Source: Macrostomum lignano (Eukaryota). From it: a stretch of 64,000 nt of DNA. A program made the translations under genes and the position numbers. Under the pieces are notes generated by a model. The model was given only the letters and a program-made list of their open reading frames with translations. It ran no database searches and was not told the DNA's origin. Positions 47,595 to 60,658 of this stretch are shown here, piece by piece; the first letter of the stretch is position 1, and the number at the start of each line of letters is the position of its first letter. The DNA is taken from the NCBI GenBank assembly GCA_002269645.1, contig NIVC01002212.1:1-64000 (forward strand), read 5' to 3'.

Positions 47595-48599
47595 CTGCAC
47601 AACGTAAGTAGGCGTGGAGTCGAAGACGCGAATGGTTTAAGACGGCTGCTGCTTCATGCAATATATTGGGTGTTTTTAAGGTAAATCTTCAGTCGCATAG
47701 TGAAAGACAAATGACACAAGACAAAGACAAATGTTCAAGTGTCCACTTCTTGTGGAATTATCCTTTAAATTTTTATTTTATTTTGTACAAAGGCCTAATA
47801 ATATTTTTTCAACTTATCAGCGAGTATAAAAGTTTAATAAATATACTGATATTCTATTCTATAATGATATATTGATATGATAATCACAATAAATATCAGA
47901 CACATGCAACTTTCCAAACTGAAATATCCTATTTTTTACTTTGCTTTTATTACAATATTAGATTGTTTAAATCATTATTGTCAAAATTAATTTTTATTTA
48001 GGTTTCCCAAAATGTATAAATATATACCAATTTGCAAATAGAACCCATATAAATACTTGACTTGATAATTGAAATTTAAATATTTGACTTTATTCTTTGT
48101 TACTCAAAATCAAGTAATTTTTATTATATTTCTCAATACTCAAATAGTTAAGTTGAGAATGAGTCTATCAGTTAATAAGATAAATTTAAAATAATTTATT
48201 TGATAACTTATAAATCTGCACAATTACATTTCATGAAAAGAAAACAATGCTATACTTTTATCATGTTTTATTAACCTATCAATTTGCTCTACAATTGGGA
48301 TCTCTGATGTATTCTACTTAATATATAATTATGATATTAATTAATATCAGATCCTTAGTACATTAATCAAGGTCCATATTACATAGAATGTTTCATGAAT
48401 TTATTGTAAAATATATAGTTATTTGTTCAGCTTTTTCCCCATTTTAAATGTTAGATTTTATATAGTTTATAAAAGTTAGGGCAGCTATAAAATAGTGCAT
48501 AGATGGCACATAAATAATAAATAGATTGTTTCCCAAAAATTATTCTGGTATATGCATGCAATGCTACGAGGCTGGGATTCTACCTGCAACTGCAAGCCA

Positions 48600-49790
48600 T
48601 TACTTTAAACTTTTTTATTTGTTTTGAATGGACTTCTTTTGAATGGACCATGGCGCACATCGTTGCAGTTACTAAGAAGCCAGGCACCACAAGGCTTGTG
48701 GAGCATCGAGGTATCTGCCTTCAGTCCTGCGCTGCAAAGTTGTTCAACCGGGTGCTGTTATTGCGGTTGTAGCCCATGCTGGATCCATACCTGCATCCTG
48801 AGCTGAATGGCGTCTGGCCCCATTGCGGCACTGTGACGCAGATCCTGGCTCTTCGGCGAGTCATCGAGGAAGCACGGATATGCCAGTCGATCCTGATTGT
48901 TATCTTTATAGATTTCAAGAAGGCATTCGACTCGATCGTCAGGTCTGTGCTCCCAAAGATGCTCCGTGCGTACAACGCAGCTGATTTCCGCCATCATGGC
49001 GATATACCGTGATACGAAAGCTGCTGTTTCAACACCGGACGGCCTGTCGGACTTCTTTGAGACATCCTCCGGGGTGCTTCAGGGAGATACGCTTGTGCTG
49101 TTCCTGTTCTTTCTGGTGCTGGACTGGGCGCTGCGGACCGCTCTTTTTACCAACAACGACGGCTTTTGTTGCGGCCACGCGTGGGTCGACGTCAACCGGA
49201 GAGGTGGCTCAGCGTGCTTGGCTACGCCGACGATCTTGCCCTGCTGTCCTCAACTGTCGAGGGCGCCCAGCGACAACTGGACAAGCTAGTTGCTGTTGCG
49301 GCGAGTGTCGGCCTGGTGTCAACATGCAGAAGACCGTCGTGCTCTGCGTGCCGGACGACATCGAGGCTGCGATTTTGTACCGAGGCGCTGATGGACATGC
49401 GACAGAGCTTCCGCGTTGTCAGCAGTTCGTCTACCTCGGCGGTCTGGTTCCTGGCGTCCGCGAGAATTTGTGGCGTCGCCGCGGGCTTGCCTGGGCTGCT
49501 TTTCGTTCTGTGAGGGCAGTCCTCCTGCAGTCCGAGGCCTTACCTGACCGCCAGAGGCGTTGTTCCAGGCAGGATCGAGACTATCCTGCTGTACAACGCC
49601 AAGACTTGGTGCTGACGGAGTCGCTCGAGCAACAAGTTGACGCGTGCGCGCCGCCTTCAAGATCAGCTACGAGCGAGTGACCAACACGGCTTTGTATCAC
49701 CGCGCCGGCCTGGTCCGTCAAAGCGACCTGTTGCGCCGTCGGCGACTCCAGCTGACATGCCACATCATCCGTGCCGAGTCGTACTGCCAA
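48600..49790 (+). mobile_element. Non-LTR retrotransposon (RTE-like) reverse transcriptase remnant
   Basis: Motifs HRGICLQSCAAKLFNRVLL, QILALRRVIEE..IFIDFKKAFDSI, GVLQGDTL..FLFFLVLD and LGYADDLALL. There is an in-frame stop and several frameshifts. Confidence 0.92.
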
Positions 49791-51779
49791 AATAGGAAAG
49801 TCACATAATATAAATAATATATAATATTTGTACATGCACATGATTGATAGAATACTGGGTAGATTGAAGTGAAACAAAGCAGGACTTAGAGATGCTATGC
49901 ATATACCATACTAAGAAGTCTGCATGTGACTCTCTAATCATGGTGACGCCTAAAGTAGTTCAAGTATGGCCATAAATGCGCAACTTCCGATCCGACCAAG
50001 ATGGCTAGCGAGGGGTCCAGCCAAGGTAAGAAGAAAAATGCATACCCGAAAAATAATACAGATGTAGTACTATAATCAGATGACACATTTTTTGCTTTTA
50101 TTATATAGTAATAATTACTCTGTCCTTTACCCAAAAAAGCGTTAAGTTTTCTTAGGTTTCTTTCGTAGATAGATCGCATTTTTTGGTTAAAAAGTAAGTG
50201 GCACTGCCGGTGCAAATCTGGGCGGTTGCGCATGTATGGCTAATGAATGGCCTTATAGTTAGGAAGGCCCATTGGGCATTGAATTGATTGAAAAATCAGA
50301 TAGCAACCGGCAGAATAAACAGGAAGTTAATTTCGTAACATATAATAATAATAATAATAGAAAGGCATTTAAAAAAGATACGGTTGTTCGTAGCCTTGTT
50401 GATGTCGCTTATTCATTTTCAAAAGTATTGCAAGACTCCTTAAAATGACTCTTAATAATTAGAAAATAAAATCGGTAATGTAAAATTAAAACATTAAACT
50501 CCATTTAGTTAATTATTACAGAATTTGAAAGAAAGAAAACAAATTTATCAGTTTGCCAAGTAAGACAGTAGACACACAAGAAACTTTTCAGAGGAAATAA
50601 AAAAGGTTCGGAGCAATACTCTTTCATATTACTTTGGCATGACCAATAATTAAATTTGCGCTTTTTCGTTTTCAAAATTAGTTTAGAGATATTAACTATC
50701 CTTAACTAATAATGAAATATTTTTTTTAATAATTGAATTTTTTACTTTTTACTAATTTATTCTTGTCATTTACAATATTAGAGCAAAATTGTTTAAATTG
50801 CAAATGTGAACTTAAAAATTCCGGAGTATTTTGAAATAATTAAAATATCTCGATGCCTGTGTCAGGATATGAACATGTTTCGTCAATGTTCTATGTTCAG
50901 GACACAAATTAGAAAGCCAGAACTGATTCTTTTTTTGGAAATACCTAATGAACAAAAAATTAAAGTTCCCCATTCAGAAACAAAGCCTGCACGCTTTTAT
51001 TTCTTCGCCCTCTCGGGCCTCAGCTCCCTCAACCACACCGGCATAGCCAGGTTCAGATTGGATGTATTGGGGCGCTGAGCCTAAATGACTCATAATGCTT
51101 TAAACGTTAAACAACAACGCATGCAGTTACAAACAGTCAAAAGCGTTATTGTACAATCTATACTATTGATTTATAGATCTCGAGAAATTTGATTTTTCTA
51201 GCGCAGATCTAGAAAATGGGGCGAAACCCCATTCACCTTTATACGTTCTATATAGAACATACTAGCTAACTGCACTAGCGATACAAGAATGCATTCTCTA
51301 CCGGTCTCCAGCTCATTCTAAGAAAATTGTCGAGTGAAATGTAACTTACTTTTAGTTTGCAGTTGTCCACGCGCCTGCGGTGCTGCCTGCTGGAACCCAT
51401 GCTCATGCGAGGCACGAGAGTTCTGAATTGTTAGAAAACTGTTTGCAGACTGTTTTTTACCCACTGCTTCTCCCTTTCCGTGACCGCTCCAGGCCTGATC
51501 TAGTTGGAATAAGCTAGCAATTTATTATACGCTCGTATCTGTATTAGTTTTACTCGATCCAGTGTGTTCCCTTAATTTGCCATTTGCGTGGGGTCAAAGC
51601 AGGATCTCGCCGTACAATCAGTTGCGCTGAGCTCGGTACATCTACAGTACGAGTGAGGCCAGAGATACTACGGCTAGAAAGTGACCGCGAGAACATGTAA
51701 GTGTACATATACAAATCATGTACATGCACATATCATTTACCATGATCATCAGTTGGCACTGCCAGTTGGCAAACGTGAG

Positions 51780-53780
51780 GCAACAATAGTGACGATGGAT
51801 GGACCATGGACGATCGACCCACCCTGGGAGAACTATTGCAGCCAAATGCAAACATTGAGATTCACCTTGAACGAATTGAGCAATGCTTCAATTTGCCAAG
51901 CAGTGAAGAAAGAGACAAAGGGTAGCAACTTGATCACTTGCAATATGTGAGGTGACCTATACTATATTACACTGCGGAGTTTCTGCTAGCTACAAGCTGT
52001 GGCGAAAAAGTCCTTGACTGAGTTGAAGAAAATTCTGGCAGGCAAGCAAGATGTTGCTTTCAGCAGCGCAGGCAGCAACCCGGCAAGAATCTCACTGGAC
52101 TCAAGGACTTGGCAATTCACTGCATATTCAGTGAAGACCGGCTGAATGAACAGCTTCGAGACCAGCAGGTTGTCGGCCTGCGGAGCGATGCCTTCGAATC
52201 GCTTCATGCGAAGCTGCTCTCACTCAAGGACTACTAGAGTAGAAGGACGGTTAAACTGCGTTTCTTGGAAAAATTTTAGGAGGCAGGTTCTACCGAAAGA
52301 ATACATCAAGGGGAATGCAGGTTCTCATTTTTAGCAAAAAATGTTATTGCTTTTGATAGGAGGCAGATCCAATGTCATATTTTGATATGTCCTGCTTTTC
52401 TTATAGCTCTATTGATATTCACAGAGCTCGTTTAGAAAACTAGGATTCTATGTTTAGGAAGGAAGGATATATCCTTATATCCTTTAGGCACGCACATGAC
52501 CTCTGCCTGAAAACAGCAGTCTGAGGAAGAGGCGGCCATCAACTCGCTACTGCTCGACGAGCCCACCAGATCGGCAGTCAACTTGCAGAGCAATAGCGCC
52601 GCACAGGACTAACGCTGCAGTTATGGTTTGTATGCTGAGATATCTTTAGAACGCAGCCTCCATCAGCGCTGACTTCAGTGACTTCACTCGCCGTCAACAT
52701 GGGCTGACTGTCAACGAAGGTGGCTTTCTGTGGGGCACCAGACTCGTAGTCCCGACAGGATTGCGGCAGCTTGTGCTAAGCGAGCTTCACCGGGTCCAAC
52801 CTGGCATCAGCCAGATGCGTGCACTAGTCCAGAGCTACGTCTGGTGGCTGAACATCGACAAGGCCCCTGGAGACTGTGATCAAGGCCTGTCGCACCTGCC
52901 AGCTCATTCAAGTGGACCCGGTCGAGTCTCCAGTCGAGCCATGGGAGCGGCTGCCCGTCGACTTTACGGGACCTGTGGACGGCCACAGCAACCTGGTGCT
53001 GGTGGATATGCGCATTCGCAGTGTCTGGAGGTCCAGCGCATGCATAGCAGCTGCCACAAGTATCTGCCCGAGAGAGATCTTTGCTCGCCTCGGTCTGCCA
53101 AGAGTTCTGGTGTCCGATAATGGGCCGCGATTCGCCCCGGGTTCCCCGAGTTCGTCAAGTCCAACGGCATCCGGCACGCATTTTCGGCGCCGTTCCATCG
53201 GGTGACCAACAGCCGGGCCGTCCTGAAGCGGCAGCTGAGCAAGAGCGGCCACTCCGAAGCGTAGCTCCAACGTCTGCTGTTGGCCTACTACAATGCGCCA
53301 CACAGTGTCAGAGTCTCTGCTTCCAGCCGACGTTTGGGTCTCCTGGTGCCATCACTGACCAGCGCCGTGCAACAGCGGCAGGAGCAGCGACTTGAGCAGC
53401 AGAGGGCGGCCCGCCAGTTCCAAATCAGCGACCGCCTGCTCTATCAAGACTTCAGTTTCTTCGGCCACAGCAGTGGAAAGCAGTCGCTGGGCTGAGGTCG
53501 TCATCGACATCGCCGCGGTGACCGCCATTGCACTGTCGGCTCTGGGCCCATCGTGCAAACTCGGCACACTGGCCAGCTGCTAGCAGCACTTGCTGGACGT
53601 GCCGAGACTTTCCAGCCATCCGCCAGCGCCACCCCGCTGGCTGTCTCGACGGGAACTGCAGCCGCAGAGAGCGCGCCGACCGCGCCACCGGCAACCGAGG
53701 CGAGCGCTGGTGGCGCTACCCGATTCGAGTTCGAACTCCACTCGATCGACTGTAGTTTCAGTGGTGGAGATTTGATCTGA
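51780..53780 (+). mobile_element. Ty3/Gypsy LTR-retrotransposon remnant (gag fragment plus integrase; no RT motifs seen)
   Basis: Gag-like PWENYCSQM. Integrase Zn region LWGTRLVVPTGLRQLVLSELH..PGISQMRALVQSYVWW..CRTCQ. Core PWERLPVDFTGP and IFARLGLPRVLVSDNGPRF. Frameshifted, and no LTR pair found. Confidence 0.88.
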
Positions 53781-56211
53781 CGTGTGTCTTTGTTCTACTG
53801 AAGTTGCTGGCGGGGGGGGGGCGTTCTCTATTCAAGGCGCGCTGTGTCTCAGCTCTGGGACTCTGCCCTGTCGGAGCGCTTTTGTCTCACTTGCAGAGCG
53901 TAAGATGTCAGCCCTTGAGAACAGTCAATAGCCAAAGAACACGCGGGTTAAAAAGAACTCACAGCAGCTGCATAAATAAGAAACCCAGCTGGGGGGGGGG
54001 GAGCAAGCAGAAATGGTGAAAGGAGCTCAAACGCCCAGCCAATCAGCGCGAACAGGCAGTCACGCATCAAAAAACCTGGCGAGAAGACAGAAAACGGCTG
54101 CTGTAAAGTTTTCCAACCAATCAGCATGCGAGAGAAATTTGAGTACATGCGGGGGCAAATCCCTGCTACCCAATCAAAGCGTCGCTGGCTCAGACTGATG
54201 CTACTTAACCTAATAGTTCACGCACCGCCGAGAAAGTACAAAACAATATCTTCAACTAATAGAATTTCATAACTACATCGAGAGACGCAGCAAGAGCGGT
54301 ATCGATGGCTTGAGCCGCAATTTCGATAATCTTCTTTCAGTGCCGGATTGCAGTTTGCTTGTGTTTGTCTTAAGCGGGCTCATTGCAATTAGGGAGCCAC
54401 GTTGCCCTTTGTTTCTTTCTCTTTCTCGGGTTGCCGCTCAGAGGACCCAGTTGTCAAGGCCGGCCCTGTACATGTAAACAGTACTCTAGTAGTTTTTTGT
54501 GGTTGTAGACGCTCCAGTACATCTATATCTGTGGAGGCCATGAATTACTTTCACAGAGAATGCAGATATAATTACTATACATACGAGCAGCATTCCATTA
54601 TATTCAATACTTTACTTACAGTAGAAATAGCGGAATATTACGCGAATAAAGTTATTTATATTAATCTTATATTTGGTGCTTTACTGATAGTAGAAGTATG
54701 GGGGAAAAAGCATTTAAACAATACAGTGAAGAAATTTCTTTCAATCAAATCACGACAACACCTCCCACCTTAGATGTCATTGTGAGTTCTTCACCAGAGG
54801 AACTCTGAATTCCTATCAGAAAGAGGGCGTTGCCAAAGAGACGCGCAGCCCGCAACTTCTACAGAGTTGCGGATGCTGCTGAAGGTTATCGGGAATATAG
54901 CAAGTACATGCGTGTCCTTTTAGTCACAAGTTACTCGAGACAATTAGGCGTTGAAAACATATCATTGAAGACCAAAAAATTAAAAAAATACTGCTGAGTT
55001 CTACAGATTGCTAATCACTAAGATTTAATCTGTATCACGTTAATTGGGCCAGGTTTCGCCATAGAAACACTTGGCACAGAAATCAATCTGAGCAACCATT
55101 TTCTTTTTCAGACTACACGAAGCACATAAAATCGCTGTTTTGCTTCTGGCACCCTGAGTACTTGGTGTCTTTGAATTCGGCACTCGACCTGTGCGCTGCT
55201 CAAACACTACTCATATTCAAGCTAGTTTCACAGTGGTTCGAGGCTTCGAGCTACACCTGTATTCATGCTTAAACATGTTTAATTAATACAAATGAATTGA
55301 CAAATCTGAATTTGAATCTCGCTCGCATCTCAGATAGATTGCTGAGAGCCCTCGAATTTCTTCTGCCATTGTCAGAAAGCTCAAAGTGATAGATTAAGAA
55401 GATTAGCCCGCATGGGTCTCATTCACAGCTGCGTTGTTAAGCCACATGGCGCGACAATTGCTGGCATATGAGTATCCGCAGTGAGCTCAGAGTGCGTGGG
55501 CGTGCTGATTGGCAAGAAGGGAAAATGCGTGGCAGTCTGATGTATAGTTCAGTTGGCTAAGTGTGTCGGTCTTCCAATTAAACTGATTGCATTTCATCAG
55601 GCATTCGAGCCCATGCAGATGTTATTTCGACTGGAGCAACAGACGAGCGTGTCGGCTTCAAAATTCTGAGAGAAGATAGAATTTTCTAGAATTTTAAAAA
55701 CAAATGTAATTTTGTTAATTGCAAAACAAGCCGCACTGGTAGGGCTCAAGGTGGAGAAGACGGCTTCGGTTGATGGCCGGGCTGTATAGCAAACGAAAGC
55801 TCATCTCATCCCTGTGGGATTAAAACTGCAGACAGTTAAACTTGCCATACCAGTCCAGAGGAGTTCAAGTCTATAGGAGTTCGTGAGCCACTGTCTCTAC
55901 TCAAATTCGAACAATTAGCTAAGTCAGATCTATCAATGATGGTCTCAAGCTAGCTGCTCTCTGCAGTAGGGAAATTAAGGAAGCAAAGCTGAAATGCTTC
56001 ACACAATAAACCATTGTATCGAGCATTTCTTATTGGCTGCGCAAAAGCCTATGGAGTGGTGGGGGGGGCGCAGGTTTTAAATGCCTGTGCGACCCGATCC
56101 TGCCGCTGCTGGCCTCCGAACTGCAGCCTTACAGCAGAGCAACAGCTCAGAGTCAAGTTCGAACCCTCTCCCGTCAAGAGTCAAGAGTCAACTAAAGAAG
56201 CTTGCTAAGCA

Positions 56212-56938
56212 ATGCCGGTAGTGACAGCCCATACCAAGGCCCTAATCTTGCTGGGACTCGTGCACCTGCTGCTGCTGCTGCAGGCCTCGGGCGGCGCGGC
56301 CAGCCCGGCCTCAGAAGAAGCTCCCGTTGGTAAGCGGGAGCAGCAGCCCCCTCTGGAAAAGCCGTCTTGGATCAAGGAATACCTGCAGAACCTGCACGGC
56401 TACATGACCCTCATCGCCCGGCCCAGGTGAGCCACTGTTTGTGTGAGAAATCAGAAGTGTACTTGTGGTTGCAGTACGTGAAGCACAGCTGTTGAGAGGT
56501 GAAGTAATACTGCCTGGATAGCAGCGCTCTTGAAGTAGTAAGCTTCCAGATGGACCAGAGAGTCCCTGAAGTGTTCCCCATAGACAGAATGTCACAGCAG
56601 TGCCAGCCCCGCAATATAGAAAGATGATTTTAGGGAAAATGCAAAAAACCTGCTATAGACATTGTTTCAGCGGGAGACAATGGAAAAATTGCTGCTTTGC
56701 TGTTTTTATAATGTTCGCTAAACATGAGCATTCATGCCAGAAGCAGAGGCGAGCAACTCAAAGAGCATCGCTTTTTACATTTAGATTTTTCTGATCGATG
56801 CTCGAAACCTTTTTGGCAGCCACGTTGTCAGAATTGGCGTGAAAAGCTTTAGAATCCTCAGCAACTGTCGCGCACCGCTTCCATACCACTCATAAATGAA
56901 AAAATTTCAGGTTCGGCAAGAGGCCCGACACGCCCTGA
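56212..56938 (+). CDS. NPF: Neuropeptide F/Y precursor, 80 aa; predicted mature peptide EQQPPLEKPSWIKEYLQNLHGYMTLIARPRF-amide
   Basis: Exons 56212-56426 and 56911-56938. Signal peptide, KR cleavage site and ARPRF-G-KR amidation signal. Tyr at positions 10 and 17 from the C-terminus. Phase-2 intron in the second Arg of RPRF, the known conserved NPF/NPY intron position. Confidence 0.95.
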
Positions 56939-57454
56939 TGCAGACTATACCAGCCTCGCGGGCCATCGAAGCTGCTGGCGCTGACTGATAGCGCGTCGGC
57001 TTTTCCTAAACGCTGCAAATATACACCGCCATTGATGTAGCAAGCTGACTGGCTGAATTGTAATGCTTTGAGTCTTTATTGTCTATTTTTGGCTTATGAA
57101 GAGGCTTGGAAAGCGTTGTAAAGTAACAAAGGAGTTGTTTAGCAAAATATTTAGGTGTTTTTTAATAATAGATTTAACACTATATATTTCTTCCCTCTCT
57201 CCAAGACTAATAATAATAGCTGTTTAGCACTCAACAGAGATAATTGCAACTCTGAAACAGCTAATAGCGACCCTGTCGTAAGTCCAAAATATGCCTACTT
57301 GGCCTGCAAATTATTTAGAAGTTTGAGTTCAAGTAAATCTTGCCCTACCGCGTAGAGATATTTATATTCGCTCGAAGCCAATAACAAGAAAGAGCATTGT
57401 CCATCATAATCCTTCCCCCATGTCTACAAGCAAAATCAAAGTCAGGAAACTGTA

Positions 57455-59170
57455 CTATAGCTATCTGAGCGAACGAGCTCGAGAGGTACATGAACGACAA
57501 TGTCATCATAGGACATTGAGACAGCGCCAGTCGGTGAAGCCAAACTCTTACACTCTCGCTGCGCTGGGCACGCATTTATATATGGTAAAGTTAGAATTGG
57601 GGTGGCGACACCCACCCCACTCCCCAGCCAATCAGCGTACACTTGGGCCGACATGCCGTACGTACGCACACTAAATCTCTCCCCCTTAAAATAGAGACTG
57701 AGAGAGAAGAAACCCGATTAAACGAAACTCTAAAATTTCAAAACTCGAAAGGCTCAGCGATAATGCGGAGATTAAAATAGTGAGAAAATAAGATATTTGA
57801 ATAGGAGGCGGGTTGGTCTCGGCTCGCCTCATCTGGAGCTCTCGGTGCAGCGGTCCGCGGCTGGGCGCCAGCGTCGGCCAAGTTGGGACTGACGACCTTG
57901 ACCGCCGTGCAGGTCGTGTCATCCCGTCGTAGCAGCAGCGAGTTGCTCGCTGGACTGTCCGGGCACCGCTCTCGAATGACGTCTGCGTCTTGCTGGCACC
58001 GACCCGCCATCGCAGCACCGACCCGGACGTTGTGCCCCCTTGGCGCCGGTGTCCGCTTCTCTTAGCCGCTGCTTGTTGATGCGGACTCGCTGGGATGGCC
58101 GGGCAGCGGGAATGACTTCGTTTGGCCGCCGGCCAACGGCTGGTGCGCGCGCGGTGGCCGTGTGCGGCGTGTTCCTGTAGGCCAGCAGCCACTCGTCCAG
58201 AGCGACCTTTCAGTTCCGCCGCTTCTCGAGGGCTGCTCGCACGAATTTTTTGATGGAGTAGTTGAGTCCCGTGGGTGGTCCATTGTCTATCACGAGCTCC
58301 TGCGGGATCCTGAAACGATGTTGTTGTTGATGGGTCCTACGAAGTCGGCGCCGATCGACAGCCAGGCGCCCGCGGGGATCGGCGTCGGCTGCAGAGGCGT
58401 AGCACGAACGGCTGGTGTGTGCGATGTTGCCATCCTCGGCCACCAGACCTTTGTACTGAGCCTGGCGATCATCTTCTGCGAGCACTGATGTCCTTGGTTG
58501 GGCCAATTCGAGCATCTGCTGCCAAGACCAGCTGGCACGACGATTCGCTGGTGCCAAAGGAGAACTCTGTCCACCGCAGACAGCTCCTCTCGCAGCGCGC
58601 AGAGCGGCCGTATCCCACTGGCCCCCTTGCGTCGCCGCTATCGTTGCTGGCCATGTCCCGGGTCGCCTCCTCCAAAGTCGGAATCTGGTGCCGCTCGCGG
58701 ATGACGTAGCGGTTGACATTGCGGGGATCCTATGTGATGCGCACCTCACCCGGCTCTTTTTTGGGCACGACGACCATCTGCGTGACCCACGGTGCCGCTG
58801 CGTTGACGGGCCTGATGATCCCGAGCTGTTCCAGCAGCTGAAGTTCCGTGTCCACCGCGCCTGCCAGGTGGATCGGCACCTTCGACGGTGCATGGCAGAC
58901 CGGGTGGGCGCTGTCGGTGAGGTGGATGTGGATGAAGCGGCCCGGTGAAGTAGCCGATGCCACTGAACACGCTGGCGTGCTACGCAGTACCCTGCCGATG
59001 TCCTCGATGTGTACTTGGGGCACTCCGTTAGATCTCATGTCGCTGAGAAAGCCGTCAGCGACCCGCAGCACCTGCTGGCCGGCTGTCGGTGGTGGCCCGA
59101 CCCCGCAGGATGTCAATCCCAGTGACAGTGTTCCTCTGCCTGCCGATGATTGCGTAGGCACACAGCAGGC
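57455..59170 (-). mobile_element. Second Ty3/Gypsy remnant (RT N-terminus fused to integrase) with PPT and probable 3' LTR
   Basis: IHLTDSAHPV..VPIHLAGAVDTELQLLEQLGIIRPV..WVTQMVVVPKK (RT start), LLWHQRIVVP..KVWWP, WLSIGADFVGP and FRIPQELVIDNGP. On -, the polypurine tract AAGGGGGAGAG (about 57677-57687) is followed by a segment containing TATATAAAT. The LTR boundary is approximate. Confidence 0.85.
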
Positions 59171-59254
59171 ATATGAATTCACATGAGCATGGTGACTGGT
59201 GTACATGCATGGCATATGAATTTACATGAGCATGGTGACTGGTGTACATGCATG

Positions 59255-59480
59255 GCCGCGCTCTACAAACGCCGCGCTCTACACGAGAGCACGCTTGATG
59301 CGGCCTTCTGACCAGCTGCACGGGCGGTGACTTCGACTGGCCTGCCACGTCATCCGGTCGGAGGCTCGCTGCCCTGAGCCGCTGCACGAGGTGCTGCTGC
59401 TCAAGCTGCAGGGAACGCGCAGGCGAGGCCAAGGGCGAACGGCGAGATACCCTGACAGGCTTTTGACCGATGCTGGGGGT
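59255..59480 (+). mobile_element. RTE-like non-LTR 3' fragment
   Basis: LYTRARLMRPSDQL..LRLACHVIRSE..PEPLHEVLLLKLQGTRRRGQGR is homologous to the C-terminus at 60831-61124. Confidence 0.8.
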
Positions 59481-60658
59481 GTGACTTTCTGAGGGCTATG
59501 GCCCAGAGACGCTCCAGGGTTCCAAGTCCATGCAACCTGAGCGGCTAATTGAGAAGCAGCTTTTCAGTTCTGCATAGGAACTTGAGTTTGTTTTACCCGC
59601 GCTAATTTGAGTCCAACTCTTGAACTGCAGGATCATTGCACTCATTTTACTTGGAGCTGCGATCTGAGAAAACTTGACCACTGCTTTCGGAGTGGAAACT
59701 TGTGAACATAGAATAAATGTAGCTTGGCCATGTGTGAATGGCAAATGGTAAATGGTACGAAAGCATTATAATGTGGTGATGGGGCTCAAGGGCTAGGTCC
59801 TTTCGTGCCCCTTTCCCAGACCCGGGTTCGCGTACTGACCCTGGCTGCGGTCCTCCACTGACACGCGTACGACGCGGTGTCCGTCGGGACTAGGCTGCTC
59901 GAGCGTACGACGCACGACAGCCTACAGACTCGCGTACGACGCAGAGCTGCTTGGGGTGGGACCGGCGTACGACGCACTTAATCCCCCTAAGGTGCCTAAT
60001 ACAGAGGCTAAATTGGAAGGCTTACCAGCCGCGATTTCGGTCGTACAACAAGACACAGCGCCGTCAGAGCAGTGGTAGTATTGATCGATATTCTTTTAAT
60101 TGTATTTGTATCGCAATTAACGCTGGTACAATCACCGGGGAGCCACGAAGATGACGAGAATGGGGTCTCAAGGGGGTCCGAATAAATAGGCAGCAAACTG
60201 GGGGTTGAGGGCGCGGGATAAAGGAGAAAAGGGGGCTTAGACATCAGCATAGGAAAAACATAAGCCGTACCAGCCAATCGCCGGGGCGCAGCACGGCAGA
60301 CTGGGACTGGCAGCCAATCACAAACAGCGGCGGGGCAGCAAAGCTAACAAAAGAATGGGGCGGGGGCGCACAGGGCGCACACAGAGCAAGGGGGGGGTTG
60401 ACTAAACGGAAAAGGCCTAGGCAGGGGGGTACGCACGCGCAGAAGTGCAGGTGGGTGAGTCAGAAAATATCTGTGGAGGGGGGAGAGGACGGCCGACTGG
60501 CCCGGCGTAGCAAAGTAGCAAAGTACACACAGTCATAATAACACATTCATGACAATAAGTTATAAGTTGAAGGTTGACTTCTGTTGGTGATGCGCTATGG
60601 ATTTGAAAAATATATTTTTTATATACGAGTCTACTAAATTTCAAAAACTACGACCTCT

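Noticed and set aside
47598-47600. GTG start making this gene a DAP5/NAT1 (eIF4G2)
   Set aside because: The MIF4G has FIGELF and the eIF4G1/3-type coiled insertion, whereas DAP5 has FIGELG as I recall it. The GTG lies in an acceptor context (GTGCAG|).
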